From Rebecca billardiae RCC1528 (lineage: Eukaryota > Protista > Haptophyta), in contig OZ251222.1 in NCBI GenBank assembly GCA_965240325.2, forward strand, positions 930,001 through 994,000: a stretch of 64,000 nt of DNA, written 5' to 3'. Positions 1 to 10,535 of this stretch are shown piece after piece. The position numbers and the translations under genes are program-made. The notes under the pieces were generated by a model. The model ran no database searches. It was not told the DNA's origin and saw only the letters and a list, made by a program, of their open reading frames with translations. Each line of letters opens with the position of its first letter. The stretch's first letter is position 1.

Positions 1-833
1 CTCGGTGAGGCTGGCGAGCCCGCGCCCGACAAGAAGCAGCGTGGCGGCGCGCGCGCGCCGTGCTCGCGGTGAAGTGCGTGCTGCTCGCGAAGGGAAAGCA
101 GTTCAAGCAGGGACACCTCGAGCACTCGGTAGATGATCTCGCCGTGCTCGCCGCTGACGGCCAGCGTGCGAAGCGCGCTGCTGGCATACACGGCGTTGAG
201 CAGGTCACCGTGCGAGAGTGCTCCGTCAGACCCGTGGCCAAGGCCCTTGTCGATCAGCTGCGCTGAAGGGCGCGCGCAAGAGTGCGTGATGGAGGTCACT
301 TCCAGGCAGGCTCCATGTTGGCTGCAGCGCTGCGTCTGCGCAGCATGCCCCCGCACGCGCGTCTGCGGGCGCACGCCTGCGCTCATCTGCAACCTGCGCT
401 CGAGCTCAGCCTTGAGCGCGCTCAGCGTGCCCTTCAGCAGCTCGAGCTGTTCCTCCTTGCGCCGCGCGTCCGCGTGCGCCGCGAGTAGGTGCTTGTTCAG
501 CGGCTGCACCTGCACCGCCGCGTGCTCGACGCTTGCCTCGACCACCTCAACACGCACGCGCTCGCCGACGCGCTCCAGGGACTGCTGCGTCAGCTCATGC
601 GCACAGTGGAGCGCCAGAGCGACACCTCCGCGCCGTCCACAGCGCTTATCGCCGGGCTGAGCGCTATGGAGAGCTACACGTGTGCCGAGGGCTCGAGCCC
701 GACGACGCGAACGCAGTTCACCTCGCTGTACGACGAACGCCACCTCGAGCGCACGAGCGCATGCGTCTACAGCGGGAGCACCGACGGCCGCTCCGGCAGG
801 CTCGCCGCCGACTTCCCCAGTAGTAACTAGCAT
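1..833 (-). CDS. Partial hypothetical coiled-coil protein running off the left edge (probably spliced; true start may lie further upstream)
   Basis: Minus-strand frame open from ATG 833 to the window edge (…HELTQQSLERVGERVRVEVVEASVEH…ARRKEEQLELLKGTLSALKAELERRLQ…IYRVLEVSLLELLSLREQH). The + strand ORFs here read like its antisense shadows. Confidence 0.5.
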   Translation of the reverse strand, partial: MLVTTGEVGGEPAGAAVGAPAVDACARALEVAFVVQRGELRSRRRARALGTRVALHSAQPGDKRCGRRGGVALALHCAHELTQQSLERVGERVRVEVVEASVEHAAVQVQPLNKHLLAAHADARRKEEQLELLKGTLSALKAELERRLQMSAGVRPQTRVRGHAAQTQRCSQHGACLEVTSITHSCARPSAQLIDKGLGHGSDGALSHGDLLNAVYASSALRTLAVSGEHGEIIYRVLEVSLLELLSLREQHALHREHGARAPPRCFLSGAGSPASP

Positions 834-1521
834 ATCAAAGCCGTCTTCGGTAGCGCGCGAGGCTGGCTACAATACGGTGATGCTACACAACATGGGTTGC
901 GTCACGCGCAGCACCACATGAGCGGCCGGCAGCGGCGTACCATCGGCTGAGCTGTTCCTGAGTCACTGTTCCTCTGCAGAGGAACGTGCACGCGCGCGTC
1001 GACGAGCACTTACGCGCTCCGCGGCCTTCGGCACCTTGACATCATTGCGCGTGCGCATGACAGGCGCGGATGGTTGCGCACTTGCGTGTCCGTTAGCGGC
1101 GCGCACGATCCGCGAGCACCGTCCGCCGGGGCCTTGCCATTGTCGACCTTGGACGGCGCACGGCGCACGGCGGCGCGCTCGCAGATTCGGTCGGGTAGCC
1201 CTCGCTGGACATGTGCTGGCCTCTGTTGCTCCGCTGCTCATCGGACCGGGTGCCAATCAGTGGCCCACAATTGACGACCCGTTCGCCTGCCCCGCATGCT
1301 CGCACACGGGATGACTCAGCCTGGAGCCACCCCGGTCGAGATTTCGGGATGTCAAAGCAGTGGCCGAGCATGCGCTCAAGCGCTCTCGTCCGCATGGAGC
1401 GTGACCTCTACCGTTCTACCGTCTGAGCGTCTGCCGTCACATGAGTCGGACAAGTCCCCAAAGCTGGGTGCAACCAGTCCATCGGGAGTAGCCGCCAGGC
1501 CTCCCGCCACCACCGCAGCCG

Positions 1522-1906
1522 CGCCGCCCAGGGTTGTGAGTCCTGGGATTACCCGGGGTGGTCAGGCTGGCGCGCACGCTCGCGGACGCTTGGAACCCGC
1601 GCTCCCGCGCTGCGTCGCGTGTCACCCCTCGATCGTCGCCCCACCGCCACCTCTTCCATCCCATCACCACCCCTTCCTCGACATCCTCGGCCTTCGCCGC
1701 AGCACCGACGCCCCCGCGCGCGGCCGCTGTGGCAGCGGGCGATCCGCGTGCGCTGCGCCGCCGCGCCGCCGCGCCGCCCAGAGTTGTGCAGCGCGGCCTG
1801 TGAGTCCTGCGAGCTGCCCTGTGTGGTCAGGCTGGTGCGCACGCTCGCGAACGCTTCGAACACTCGCTGCATAGCGTGTCGCCCCTCGATCGCCGCCCCA
1901 CCGCCG
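1522..1906. repeat. Imperfect direct duplication (~130-bp cores about 260 bp apart)
   Basis: GTGGTCAGGCTGG..CGCACGCTCGC..GTGTC.CCCCTCGATCG.CGCCCCACCGCC occurs at ~1558-1648 and ~1823-1906. Confidence 0.7.
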
Positions 1907-3456
1907 CGTTTTCCTCCACGCACGGCGGCCGTCGCCGCCGCACGAGCGCCCCGCTCGCGGGCCGCGCGCCCACTGGGCGCAGGAATTTCGGGTGGGGATT
2001 TTCTTTTCCGAATATGTTGGTGATGCCGTCAGAGCACCACCAACCTCTGCCGCTGGCGGCTGCGCTGACAGCGCGCTGGGCGGCGCTGGAGGGGCGAGAT
2101 GGGCGCCGACTGCGCGCCCTCCTGCGGTAGTTGCGTGCCCGCGAAGGCGGTGCGCGTGGTTGAGCGCGGCTGAAAAGCAGCCATTTGCGTCGTTCCACCG
2201 CTCGCCGTTCGGAATCACTGCATCCGCCGCGCCTCAGGCCATCGCGTGCGCCGCACCAACAAGGAAGTTGTGTGCATTCCTCGGCTGACTGCACGCGTGC
2301 CGCGAGCAGCGGCGTCGGCGTCCGGCACTTGGTTGCACTGGGCAATGTCCAGGTAGTTTATGCACGCGGCATCGCTCGTCACAGTACGCTGCCTGGCATA
2401 CGCATCTGCACGGGTCACACAGCCGTCAAAAGGCATGATCGAGCATCACGCAGCGGTTGGCATCGACCTACGGCGAGGGTCGTGTGAGCATGCAAAGCAC
2501 TGACATGCGCCCTTCTGGATAGTGATGTAGTGAGCACATTCCCGCGTGAAAGGAGCGCGCGCCATTCAGGCACCGGAAGCGGCGTCGGGGCTGGATGCTC
2601 ACGTCTTAGGCAGGCTGATGCTGCCTTCCGGCTGCACGGGTGCGTCTATCAAGGCTGACCGTGTGTGCACGATGCGCACCGTCAAGTTCGACACGAACGT
2701 CCAGACGTGAGCTACTGCTTGACAAGGTAGTATACACACATTCATACACGCGCCGTGTCATCCGAGGAGGCACATACACGCAGGCCATCATGGGCCTCGT
2801 TCAGGTATATTCTGCATCAGCACGCATGCATGCACGTACTAGCTCGGGCCAAGATTGACGTCGGAGCACGAGTCAGGGAGTTCAATGCCGGGGCAGAGCT
2901 GGACAGCGGTCACGTGTGTGGCCACTCCGCGCGAGCGCACATGCTCCGCTTCACCGCAGATCAGCATGGCGTGCGCTGCAACGTCATCGTCGGGCCAGAG
3001 CGCTTGTTCGACCAATCGGCTCGTATGAATGATGCAATCAGCACACCTGAACGCAGCTGTTCGGACCCGCGCTCATGCGCGGCGGCGCAAGGTAGCGCAG
3101 TGCGTACAGCGTAGGCCTCGCCGCGCGGAAGCGCATGCTCCGTGTGTGTCTCGCCTCGCATGGCGCACGCGGGCGAGGCTGGCCGTGTGGCGGTGTGCAC
3201 AGACAAGTGCTGGCCCGAGGCAAGTACAGCCGAATGCGATGCGCGGCGCGAAGCGGCGAATGGCACTTCAGCACGACTGCCCAGCCTAGCTCGCCGGCTC
3301 TGCGCTCGCGGGATCGTCCACACGCACGGGAGCGCGGCGCCGTCGCCCGCTCGCCCGAGACGCGCGCGTCCGCCGCGCAGCGCGCGGCTGAATAAATGCA
3401 AGGCGGAAATAAAAAGCGCGCCGATTTTCTCCGACCCTGGGTGCCGTGTCCCCAGT

Positions 3457-3551
3457 GGCTTAATGTGGTGGCGGGATCCTTAATGTGGCAGTGGTCAACC
3501 GTCTGCCACATTAAGGCTTAATGTGGTGGCGGGATTCGGCTTAATGTGGTA
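3457..3551. repeat. Cluster of short CTTAATGTGG repeats, probably a transposon subterminal region
   Basis: CTTAATGTGG four times in direct orientation, plus one inverted copy (CCACATTAAG, ~3506). Confidence 0.55.
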
Positions 3552-4493
3552 ACCGGCTGAAGTCGACAGCTGCCAGCCTAGTACCTCCAGCTTCACCGCC
3601 TCCACGATGGCAACGCGCGGCGGCGCCGAGCTGCCGTCGTGCTGGCTGGGCGCTCGACTAGCCCGCGACACCCGCACTCCTTGCAGCCGCTTCAAGCACG
3701 TGGGCGACCGACAAAGATGATTGTAGACAGTGTACATACTGCGCGCGTTACTCTGCGCGCGTTCGCATGACCGATCACGCTGAAAGTGCCCAACAGCCAG
3801 TCGCGCGGGACACGCTGAGGCACATTGCTCGCTCCTTTCCTTGCGGCACGCCGCACGCGGTGTGTACACCGAGCGCAAGTCAGGCAGGCGCTTGGCGGGA
3901 GTGGTGGTATCGCTTCTTCGCTTGTCTTGGCGTCGATCGCAGGCGCGACGCGCGTACCCCTCGCAAGTACACCCTCCTCGTGCTCAGTGTCACTCGCGCG
4001 GAGCCCACGGTGAGGGATCTTGAGCTCGAGGTGCAGCGTACGAGTCTACGGGCGCTGAGTAGCAGCCTACCAACCGGCGCACGGGTGACGACCGTCATCC
4101 ATTACGATATGATACCCCTCCCAGCCTCACGCCGCAGCCTGAAGATCACCTCCGCAGCGGTTTGAGCACCATTCCAAATCTGCTTCGTGGCATGTTCAAA
4201 CGCTCGTTTGGCACTCCGTCTGGACGCCGTGGCACGAGAGAAGGGGAAGGGCGGTGGCGGCGAGGCTTGGGTCATCGATGGGTATGGTCCCAAAGATGCC
4301 CCCAAGCGTGCGCGCGCCCGCTCGCGCCGTCTACCTGCGCGCCCAGCGCTCCCACGCCGCCGCCCACCCAAATCTGCTTCGTATAGAAGCAGACTGCGGT
4401 AAGGGGATAGTGGCGGCTGCCTCAGGCGGTCTCGCCGTCTTAACTAGCATCAGCTCGCGCCGCGCGTCGTCGCAGAATCAGCTATGTCACGTG

Positions 4494-5351
4494 TCACTTA
4501 CTCGCCGGTGACTCTGACGACGTAGTCCGCCGTGCTTCTAAGTTCTCAACGTACTCTGAAGCAGCACAGACCGCAGCTGTTGCAAGGCGCCGCACCAGTT
4601 GCACCGAGTCTGAGCACCCCGCCTCTCCAGCGAGCACCAGCGGCATGACCCCTTGCCACAAGTCCTTACGATGAGGTGCGGACGCGTTGCTTGTATGCCT
4701 GCGATGCACGTAGCAGAGCTCGTTCGAGTCACACAGTCGACCCGCGTATGCCGGGTTGTTCTGTAGACTCTGGAAGAGGGCGTGGTCCTCAGCCCAGTTT
4801 TGGTCCGGCCATCCCATGCTCATGGCGAGGTCCGCCGATATCAAGCTTGCGCCGTAACCCTGTGCCCACTCGAAGCCGACAATATTCTCGAGGGCGCCAA
4901 TCGAGATGAACCACCGCCGGAAGCGGTGCCACACGTTGTGCTCGCCGATGTGGCCGATGTGCAACTCAAGGCGTGATGGAAGGCTCAGGTCGTCATCGTC
5001 AAAGGTGGCTACGAAATGCGCTGATGGTAGTGCGCGGGCGCCGAGAGTGCGTTTGAACCCAATCGACGACCCTGGAGGTGCACTTATGACAGTGCCCTCG
5101 CAGCCCGTGGATGCAAACGCGGCAGAAAGGGCACACGGCTCGCCGTCGTTCACGACAGTCAAGTGCTTGCGCGGGTAGGTTTGCGCGATGAAGCCTTCAA
5201 CCGCTTGCTGCACCATTTGGCGGCGAGACGGCCAAGTAGTGAGCATCACGCAGTTGATGATTGGCCCCCCACCCTCCTCCAGCCTTGTTCGCCTGTCAGG
5301 CGAACAAGGCTGGAGGAGGGTGGGGGGGCTGTCGGCGGCATTCGCCGCCAT
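4494..5351 (-). CDS. Glycosyltransferase family 2 (GT-A fold) protein
   Basis: PIINCVMLTT…QAVEGFIAQTYPRKHLTVVNDG, ATFDDDD (DxD motif) and WAED motifs. Start at 5351, or 5375. Confidence 0.85.
   Translation of the reverse strand: MAANAADSPPTLLQPCSPDRRTRLEEGGGPIINCVMLTTWPSRRQMVQQAVEGFIAQTYPRKHLTVVNDGEPCALSAAFASTGCEGTVISAPPGSSIGFKRTLGARALPSAHFVATFDDDDLSLPSRLELHIGHIGEHNVWHRFRRWFISIGALENIVGFEWAQGYGASLISADLAMSMGWPDQNWAEDHALFQSLQNNPAYAGRLCDSNELCYVHRRHTSNASAPHRKDLWQGVMPLVLAGEAGCSDSVQLVRRLATAAVCAASEYVENLEARRTTSSESPASK
5265..5327. repeat. Perfect 31-bp inverted repeat with a 1-nt spacer
   Basis: CCCCCCACCCTCCTCCAGCCTTGTTCGCCTG-T-CAGGCGAACAAGGCTGGAGGAGGGTGGGGGG. Confidence 0.95.
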
Positions 5352-5508
5352 GCTGAATTTCGGCTGCTTGTTCATCGTCCTCGCGGACAGCTGGTCGCTG
5401 CCTCGCTGGCGGAGTGTCGTGCACTCGTGCCGCGAGTCCACGACAGCCTCGTCAGGACCGCGGGAAGCGCGCCACTCGCGGCGCGACGCGCGCGGGCGGG
5501 GTTGCAGT

Positions 5509-6251
5509 ATGGCAGCCACGGCCCTGCCTTACATCGACACGCAGCTGGATGCCGATGGGGCCCGAGAGCGCGTGCGCAAGCTAATCGAGCAGGAGATGCG
5601 CTCATTCAAGCCATCGCGCGACTATGTGGCTCACCTTCCGATTCCCAAGCTAAGCCTCGAGGTGCGCGACAGGCGCTTGCGGCGAATGATGCGTCCTTCG
5701 GCGGCGGTGCGTCCTCCGTCGCCGCGCCAATCCGAGAGTCCCACCCACCCTTCCCTGCACCCCGCGTGCGGCTCACGCAGAATACACACCTCTTGCAGTC
5801 GGAGCTCATGCGGATGACTGATGGCCAGCCAATCGCCCCGCTGGACATGAAGCAGCTCGCGATTGATCCCCCGGCGCAGGGTCGCGAAAACCCTGGGGCT
5901 TGGCAGCAAACCATCGACAACGCGAAAAGTCAGCACGAACATCACGTCAATCGTGCAGACAACCTGGCGCTGCTCCAGCAGCATGGGCCGGCAGCTTGGC
6001 GCGCACACCTGGAGACGCTCAAGACCTCGCTGCGCGTGATCAGCACCCAGACGGATGCGGTGAGGGACGAGACGAACGCCATCAATCGCAAGCGCAAGTA
6101 TGAGCAGCTCGAGGCAGCGCGCAAGCTGCGTTCGCTCGAGAACGACTGGTTGGAGGCTGTGCAAAAGAACAACGCGATTGAGGCTGCCATTGCTCGCGTG
6201 CGCGCAGAGCATGACGCGCTTGCTCCAATGCTACCGCCAACCGAGTCGTAG
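5509..6251 (+). CDS. BCAS2: Pre-mRNA splicing factor SPF27/BCAS2; exons 5509-5661 and 5781-6251
   Basis: ALPYID…LIEQEM…W…NA..Q.EH…NL.LL..HG..AW…IN.KRK..Q family pattern. A GT-AG intron at 5662-5780 joins the two frames. Confidence 0.92.
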
Positions 6252-6729
6252 CTGTCACACAGCCTAACTGCCGTACGTCGGAGGCTCATCAGATATTCAT
6301 TCAGTAGCGCGCTCGGCACTGCCGGCGGCGCGCCGCTGAATCGCGGGGCCCGCGTGGCTGGAAGGAACCTCCCCTTGTCGGCGCGGGCGGCCCGGCGCTG
6401 GAGGACTACTAGGAACGTCAACGTACGGCCGCCGCCGCGCTCCGCCTGCGCAAGCAGCGCTCCGCCGCGCCCGACCCGCTGGCCGAGCAGCTCGGCAGTG
6501 CAGCGACCGCGCCACTCGCAGAGCAGCTGCAGCGCGAGGAGATGGATGGCAGATGCTGGCGGCGCGCGGGCGGCGGGACAGGCCGGCCAGGCCGCCACCC
6601 GACGGCAACGGGGTCGGGGGACGGGGCGCAGTCCTCACTCAGTCTCAGTCCCGGGGCAGTCGCAAGCAACGGCGGCAACGTCAGTCACGGTCTGTCTGCC
6701 ACGGAGGCAGCAGTGAGTAGTGACAGGCA

Positions 6730-6792
6730 GACGGAGGGAGCACCGCGGGCCCTCAACTGCGTTGGTTCTACGGAAGGACCGCGGAACGCGGT
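6730..6792. repeat. Dispersed repeat; inverted copy at 25983-26046
   Basis: 6755-6792 is an exact 38-bp reverse complement of 25983-26020, with looser similarity beyond. Confidence 0.8.
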
Positions 6793-6869
6793 ATATAATG
6801 TCATCGTATTAATTATAGCTAGTTATGGCGCACGGCCCCCCCGAAAGGTCTGAGCGTGAGGCGAAAGCC

Positions 6870-7690
6870 GGGGGGGGGGGGGGGGGCGGCGCACGTGCAC
6901 CGCAAAATCAAAAAAGAGGATGCGCGCAGGATTTGGGGGATTTTTGTAGGTGGATTTAGGTGTGAAATCCGCATTTGACTCGATATCGCTGCTCATGATT
7001 GCGTTTGTACTGCTCCTTAATCCTTGGATAGTAAGTAATAGAAGAAATCGAACTCGAATAGGACAAAGGCGTCTGCATCTTTCTGATAATTATGGTGGGC
7101 CGTTCGTGATTCTCCTGCTGATATACACTCTAGCTTGGTTTGCTGATTCCAATTCAAAGAGTAAAGTATCGTCTCCAATTATCCTTCTCCTCTGAAGAGA
7201 ACCACACTTCAAAAACAACGTTTCAGTATCAACGTATTATGGCACGACGTTCGTCATCGCGGCTCGTTTGTCTATTGGTACGTACCCGCGAAATGAACCT
7301 TGTTAGATCTTCGCCTAATCAAAAACGCCTAGGCACGCGATATGATGTCATGAACCGTCGCTTCTCAGTGGCGGGTATCATCAGGTTAAGCCCCTTGTTA
7401 AGCCCCTTGATAACCCTTGATTCATACACGAGTAATACACGGGAACATAGATTAGTAGCATCCCTCTCCTCTTAAGAGAACCGCACTTCAAAAACAGCGA
7501 TTCAAGCAGGTTGGGTGAGGGTGGTGGTTGGTTGGGGGCTGGCCAGGGTAGGGCTGGAGGCTTCGGCCGCCAGTCTGATCACCCGGAGCCCGTTATAAAG
7601 GGGAATTTAAAAAGCAGGTTCTTATTTGGTTAAGCCCCTTGATTTATACGTACATGATTCTTTGAAGCGAAACGCCATTTTTTGAGCTGC
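6870..7690. mobile_element. AT-rich repeat block, probably a transposon relic, containing a ~105-bp segment (7513-7616) found inverted at 48998-49100
   Basis: Poly-G at the start. Internal direct repeats AAGAGAACC.CACTTCAAAAACA (~7195, ~7474) and TTAAGCCCCTTG (~7386, ~7397, ~7630); the latter recurs inverted near 16660. Confidence 0.55.
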
Positions 7691-7759
7691 CGCACTTAAG
7701 GGACAGAGTGCTCGAAAAATACCCAGGTGCTTGCGCGGCTGCGCGCGCGCGGACCGCGA

Positions 7760-9389
7760 AGCCGCGTCGTCACGTCGGGCTCCAGCGAGGACGGCGGCGC
7801 GAGCCGCTCGTTCGCGGCGCACGAGCACGAGGCGGTGCTTGAGGGCGGCGAGCGCGTGCGCTACTCCGCGCTGCTCTCCACCGCGCCGCTCGACACGCTT
7901 CTTGACTCTGTCCTTTTTGGCGCAGATCGCCTCGCGGGCGCTGACGCTGGCGGTGACGCTGGCGGTGACGCTGGCGGTGACGCTGGCGGCTACCGTTACG
8001 GGTGCGCGACGCGGCTCGCGCAGCTGGGCGTGCCCGCGCTGCAGCTCGGCGGGCTCTCGGCGGCGGACGCTGAGGCGGTGGTGCGAGGCCGGCTCGGCGC
8101 GGCGGGGCGCACGCTCGACGCGCGGCAGGCCGAGGCGGTGCGCTCGGCACGCGGAGAGACGCCGAGCGCGCTGCACGCCGTGCTGCTCGCCGACGCGGCG
8201 GCGGAGTGGCGCTCGGGCGAGCCGCCGCCAGCGCACCTGCCCGCCGACGCGCGCGCCGCCGTCGCCGCCACCTTCGAGCGCGTCGAGCGGCTGCACGGCG
8301 CGATGCTCGTGCGTGCGGCGCCATCTGCGCGTCGCGCCGCGGCCTCTCGAGTGCCGAGCTGGAGGACTCGCTCCCTCTGCACGAGGACGTGCTGGGCGTC
8401 CGTGTTCGAGTTCTGGGTGCCGGCGGTGGTGCGGCTGCCCGTGTGGCTCGCCGTGCGCGACGCGCTCGGCTCGCTGCTCGCCGGCGGCGACGGCCCTTTG
8501 CGCTGGTACCACCGTCATCAGGTGGCCGAGGCGGCGGCGGCACGGTGCGCCCGCCCGGCCGACGCGCACGCGCTCGCGGATTTCTGGGCTGGCACGTGGG
8601 CGGGCGAGGCCGCCAAACCGCTGCGCCACCCGAAGGCCACCGGCGGCGAGGACGGGCGGCGGCGCGTCGCGCCGCAGCCCCTGCTCCTCTCCACCGCGCG
8701 CCTCGGCCTTCGCCGGCCGCAACGCCGCCGTGCTCAATGTGCGCCGGTGCGAGGAGCTAGCGCAAGCGCTGCTCGCGGCCGGGCGCGCGGCCGACGCGGC
8801 GCGCGAGCTCACCGACGCGGGCGCGGACGGGTGGGAGGCGCGCGCGCGGCACGGCCTCGAGACCGAGTACGTGCGCGACCTCGCGGACACGGCCGCGGCG
8901 CTCGCCGACGCCGACGCGCGCGGCGGCGGCGGCGGCGAGCCGGGCGCGGCCGCGCGCGCGGAGGCTGCAGCGCTGCGCGCGCGCGTCGCAGACTGGCTGC
9001 AGCTCGCGCGGCTGAGCGCCTCCGCCGCCGCCGCGGCGCCGGGCCGCTGCCTCGCGCTGTGCCTCGAGCAGCCGGTTGGCTCGGCGCCGCACGAGTCCGC
9101 GTGGGCGCGGCGCGCGCCGCGCGCCGCGCACCCGGCCGCCCGCGCCAGCTGGGCGCGCGGGCGCGAGCACTGCGCGCGAGCGCCCCTGCTCGCCGCGCGC
9201 GGGCCGTGCGAGGCTGTGCTGCTAGCGCACGCCGGCTGGGTGGAGGCGGTCGCACTCTCGGCCGACGGGCGCGTCGCGGCGAGCGCGGGCGACGACAGCG
9301 ACGCGGTCGTGCGGCTGTGGGCGTGGGACACCGCCGAGTCAGAGTGCGTGCGCGCCGCTCGAGGGGCAAGCCGGCTGCGTGAAGACTGA
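7760..9389 (+). pseudogene. Frameshifted fragment of a NACHT and WD-repeat (NWD1/NWD2-like) gene
   Basis: Pieces spread over three frames: FERVERLHG..LV, ASRRGLSSAELED.L.LHEDVL, VFEFWVPAVVRLP, LRWYHR, LNVRRCEEL, then one WD40 repeat (HAGWVEAVALSADGRVAASAGDD..VRLW). No P-loop is present, and it is truncated at both ends. Confidence 0.7.
7944..7990. repeat. 12-bp tandem repeat (GACGCTGGCGGT) x4
   Basis: Seen directly in the sequence. Confidence 0.9.
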
Positions 9390-9699
9390 ATGAAGAGCCG
9401 CGACACGGCGCAGCCCCCCGAGGCCGTCGATCGCGTCGATTACTCGCGCCCGCGCCTCCTGCACGGCGACGCGCCGGGCGCGCGCGCGCATCGTGATTCG
9501 GTGAAGAACGCGACAACTACTGTCAGGGCCGTGCGCCCTCAACTTCGTTGTTTACTACCCGAGGATCGGCGTAGCCGATCATATATATATATAAACAGTG
9601 AACCGCCGCCGCGGAGCTGACGCGGCAGCACGTTACGAGCTGCTGGACGAGAATGTGATGATGCCGGACGAGCGACGACGCGGCTGCGGTCAGCGGTGC

Positions 9700-10128
9700 G
9701 GCGCTGCAGGGCGGAGGCGCTGACAGTGACAGCAGCAACCTCACCGAGCAGAGCGGGGACTACCAATAACCAAAGCAGCGTCATACACCTCCTCAGTGTG
9801 CCGAGCTCACAAGAGTGGTCGGAGGAGAGTGTAGCGTGCGGTGTCGTGGGCCCCCTGCTCGGCTCGGCGCCTTGTGTCATGGCGCCCCCGTACCTTGGGC
9901 CGAGCCGCGCCGAGGCCAGAAGAGTCGCCTCGGATGGAACAGGAATCGCCGAGCAAGTCCTGCAGGCGGTGCCCGGTGCCGACCGGATTGGCTGCCGAAA
10001 AGGGGTCCGACCAGGACTGCGCGCGCTGGGCGGCGGGCGCCCCGGCCGGACAGCTGGTTGATGATGCCAAGCGAGCCGGATCTTGGTGTCACTCTTAGAC
10101 ACTCAGTTATTGTGCCAATAACGCCACA
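9700..10128. mobile_element. Repeat family member A with a subterminal hairpin (diverged copy at ~37300-37669)
   Basis: Both copies share ACC.(C/T)ACCGAGCAGAG, ATGGCGCCCC, GCGAGCCGGA.TCTTGG and TAGACACTCAGTTAT…ATAACGCCACATATA in the same order. Confidence 0.6.
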
Positions 10129-10535
10129 TATATCATCCTTACTTGATGTACGAGTAACGAGACGCACATCCCACATGCGCATGCGTGTGCAGCTGCACGC
10201 GGCACAACGACCCGAATCGGAATGCTCGGCCTCGCCGCGCCAACGCCCTGCGCGTCTCCGCGAGCCGACGCGCCGCACGCTGCCGGGCACGTAGCCGACG
10301 GTAGCCTGGCCGTCGTCGCCGCCGTGTCGCAGCGGCCAGCCATGCGCCATCGGACCTGCCCTCCGCGACCAGTGCGCGCGACGTGGTCGCTCGAGCCGCC
10401 CAGCCAGCAACGCGCGCCATCGCCGCACGGCCGGCAGCCCCTGGGGCAGACGCAGCGCGGCCGAGAGGGACGCGTCCGGGAAGAGGAGGAGCGGCGGCCG
10501 CGGCATGCTCGTTCGCGCGTGCCCATCGACGGCAG

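Noticed and set aside
2000-4400. Possible genes between 2 and 4.4 kb
   Set aside because: Only short ORFs with no recognisable motif or consistent splice model; likely decayed repeat DNA.
6950-7475. Short hydrophobic ORFs in the AT-rich block
   Set aside because: Composition is unlike host genes and the ORFs overlap internal repeats; probably non-coding.
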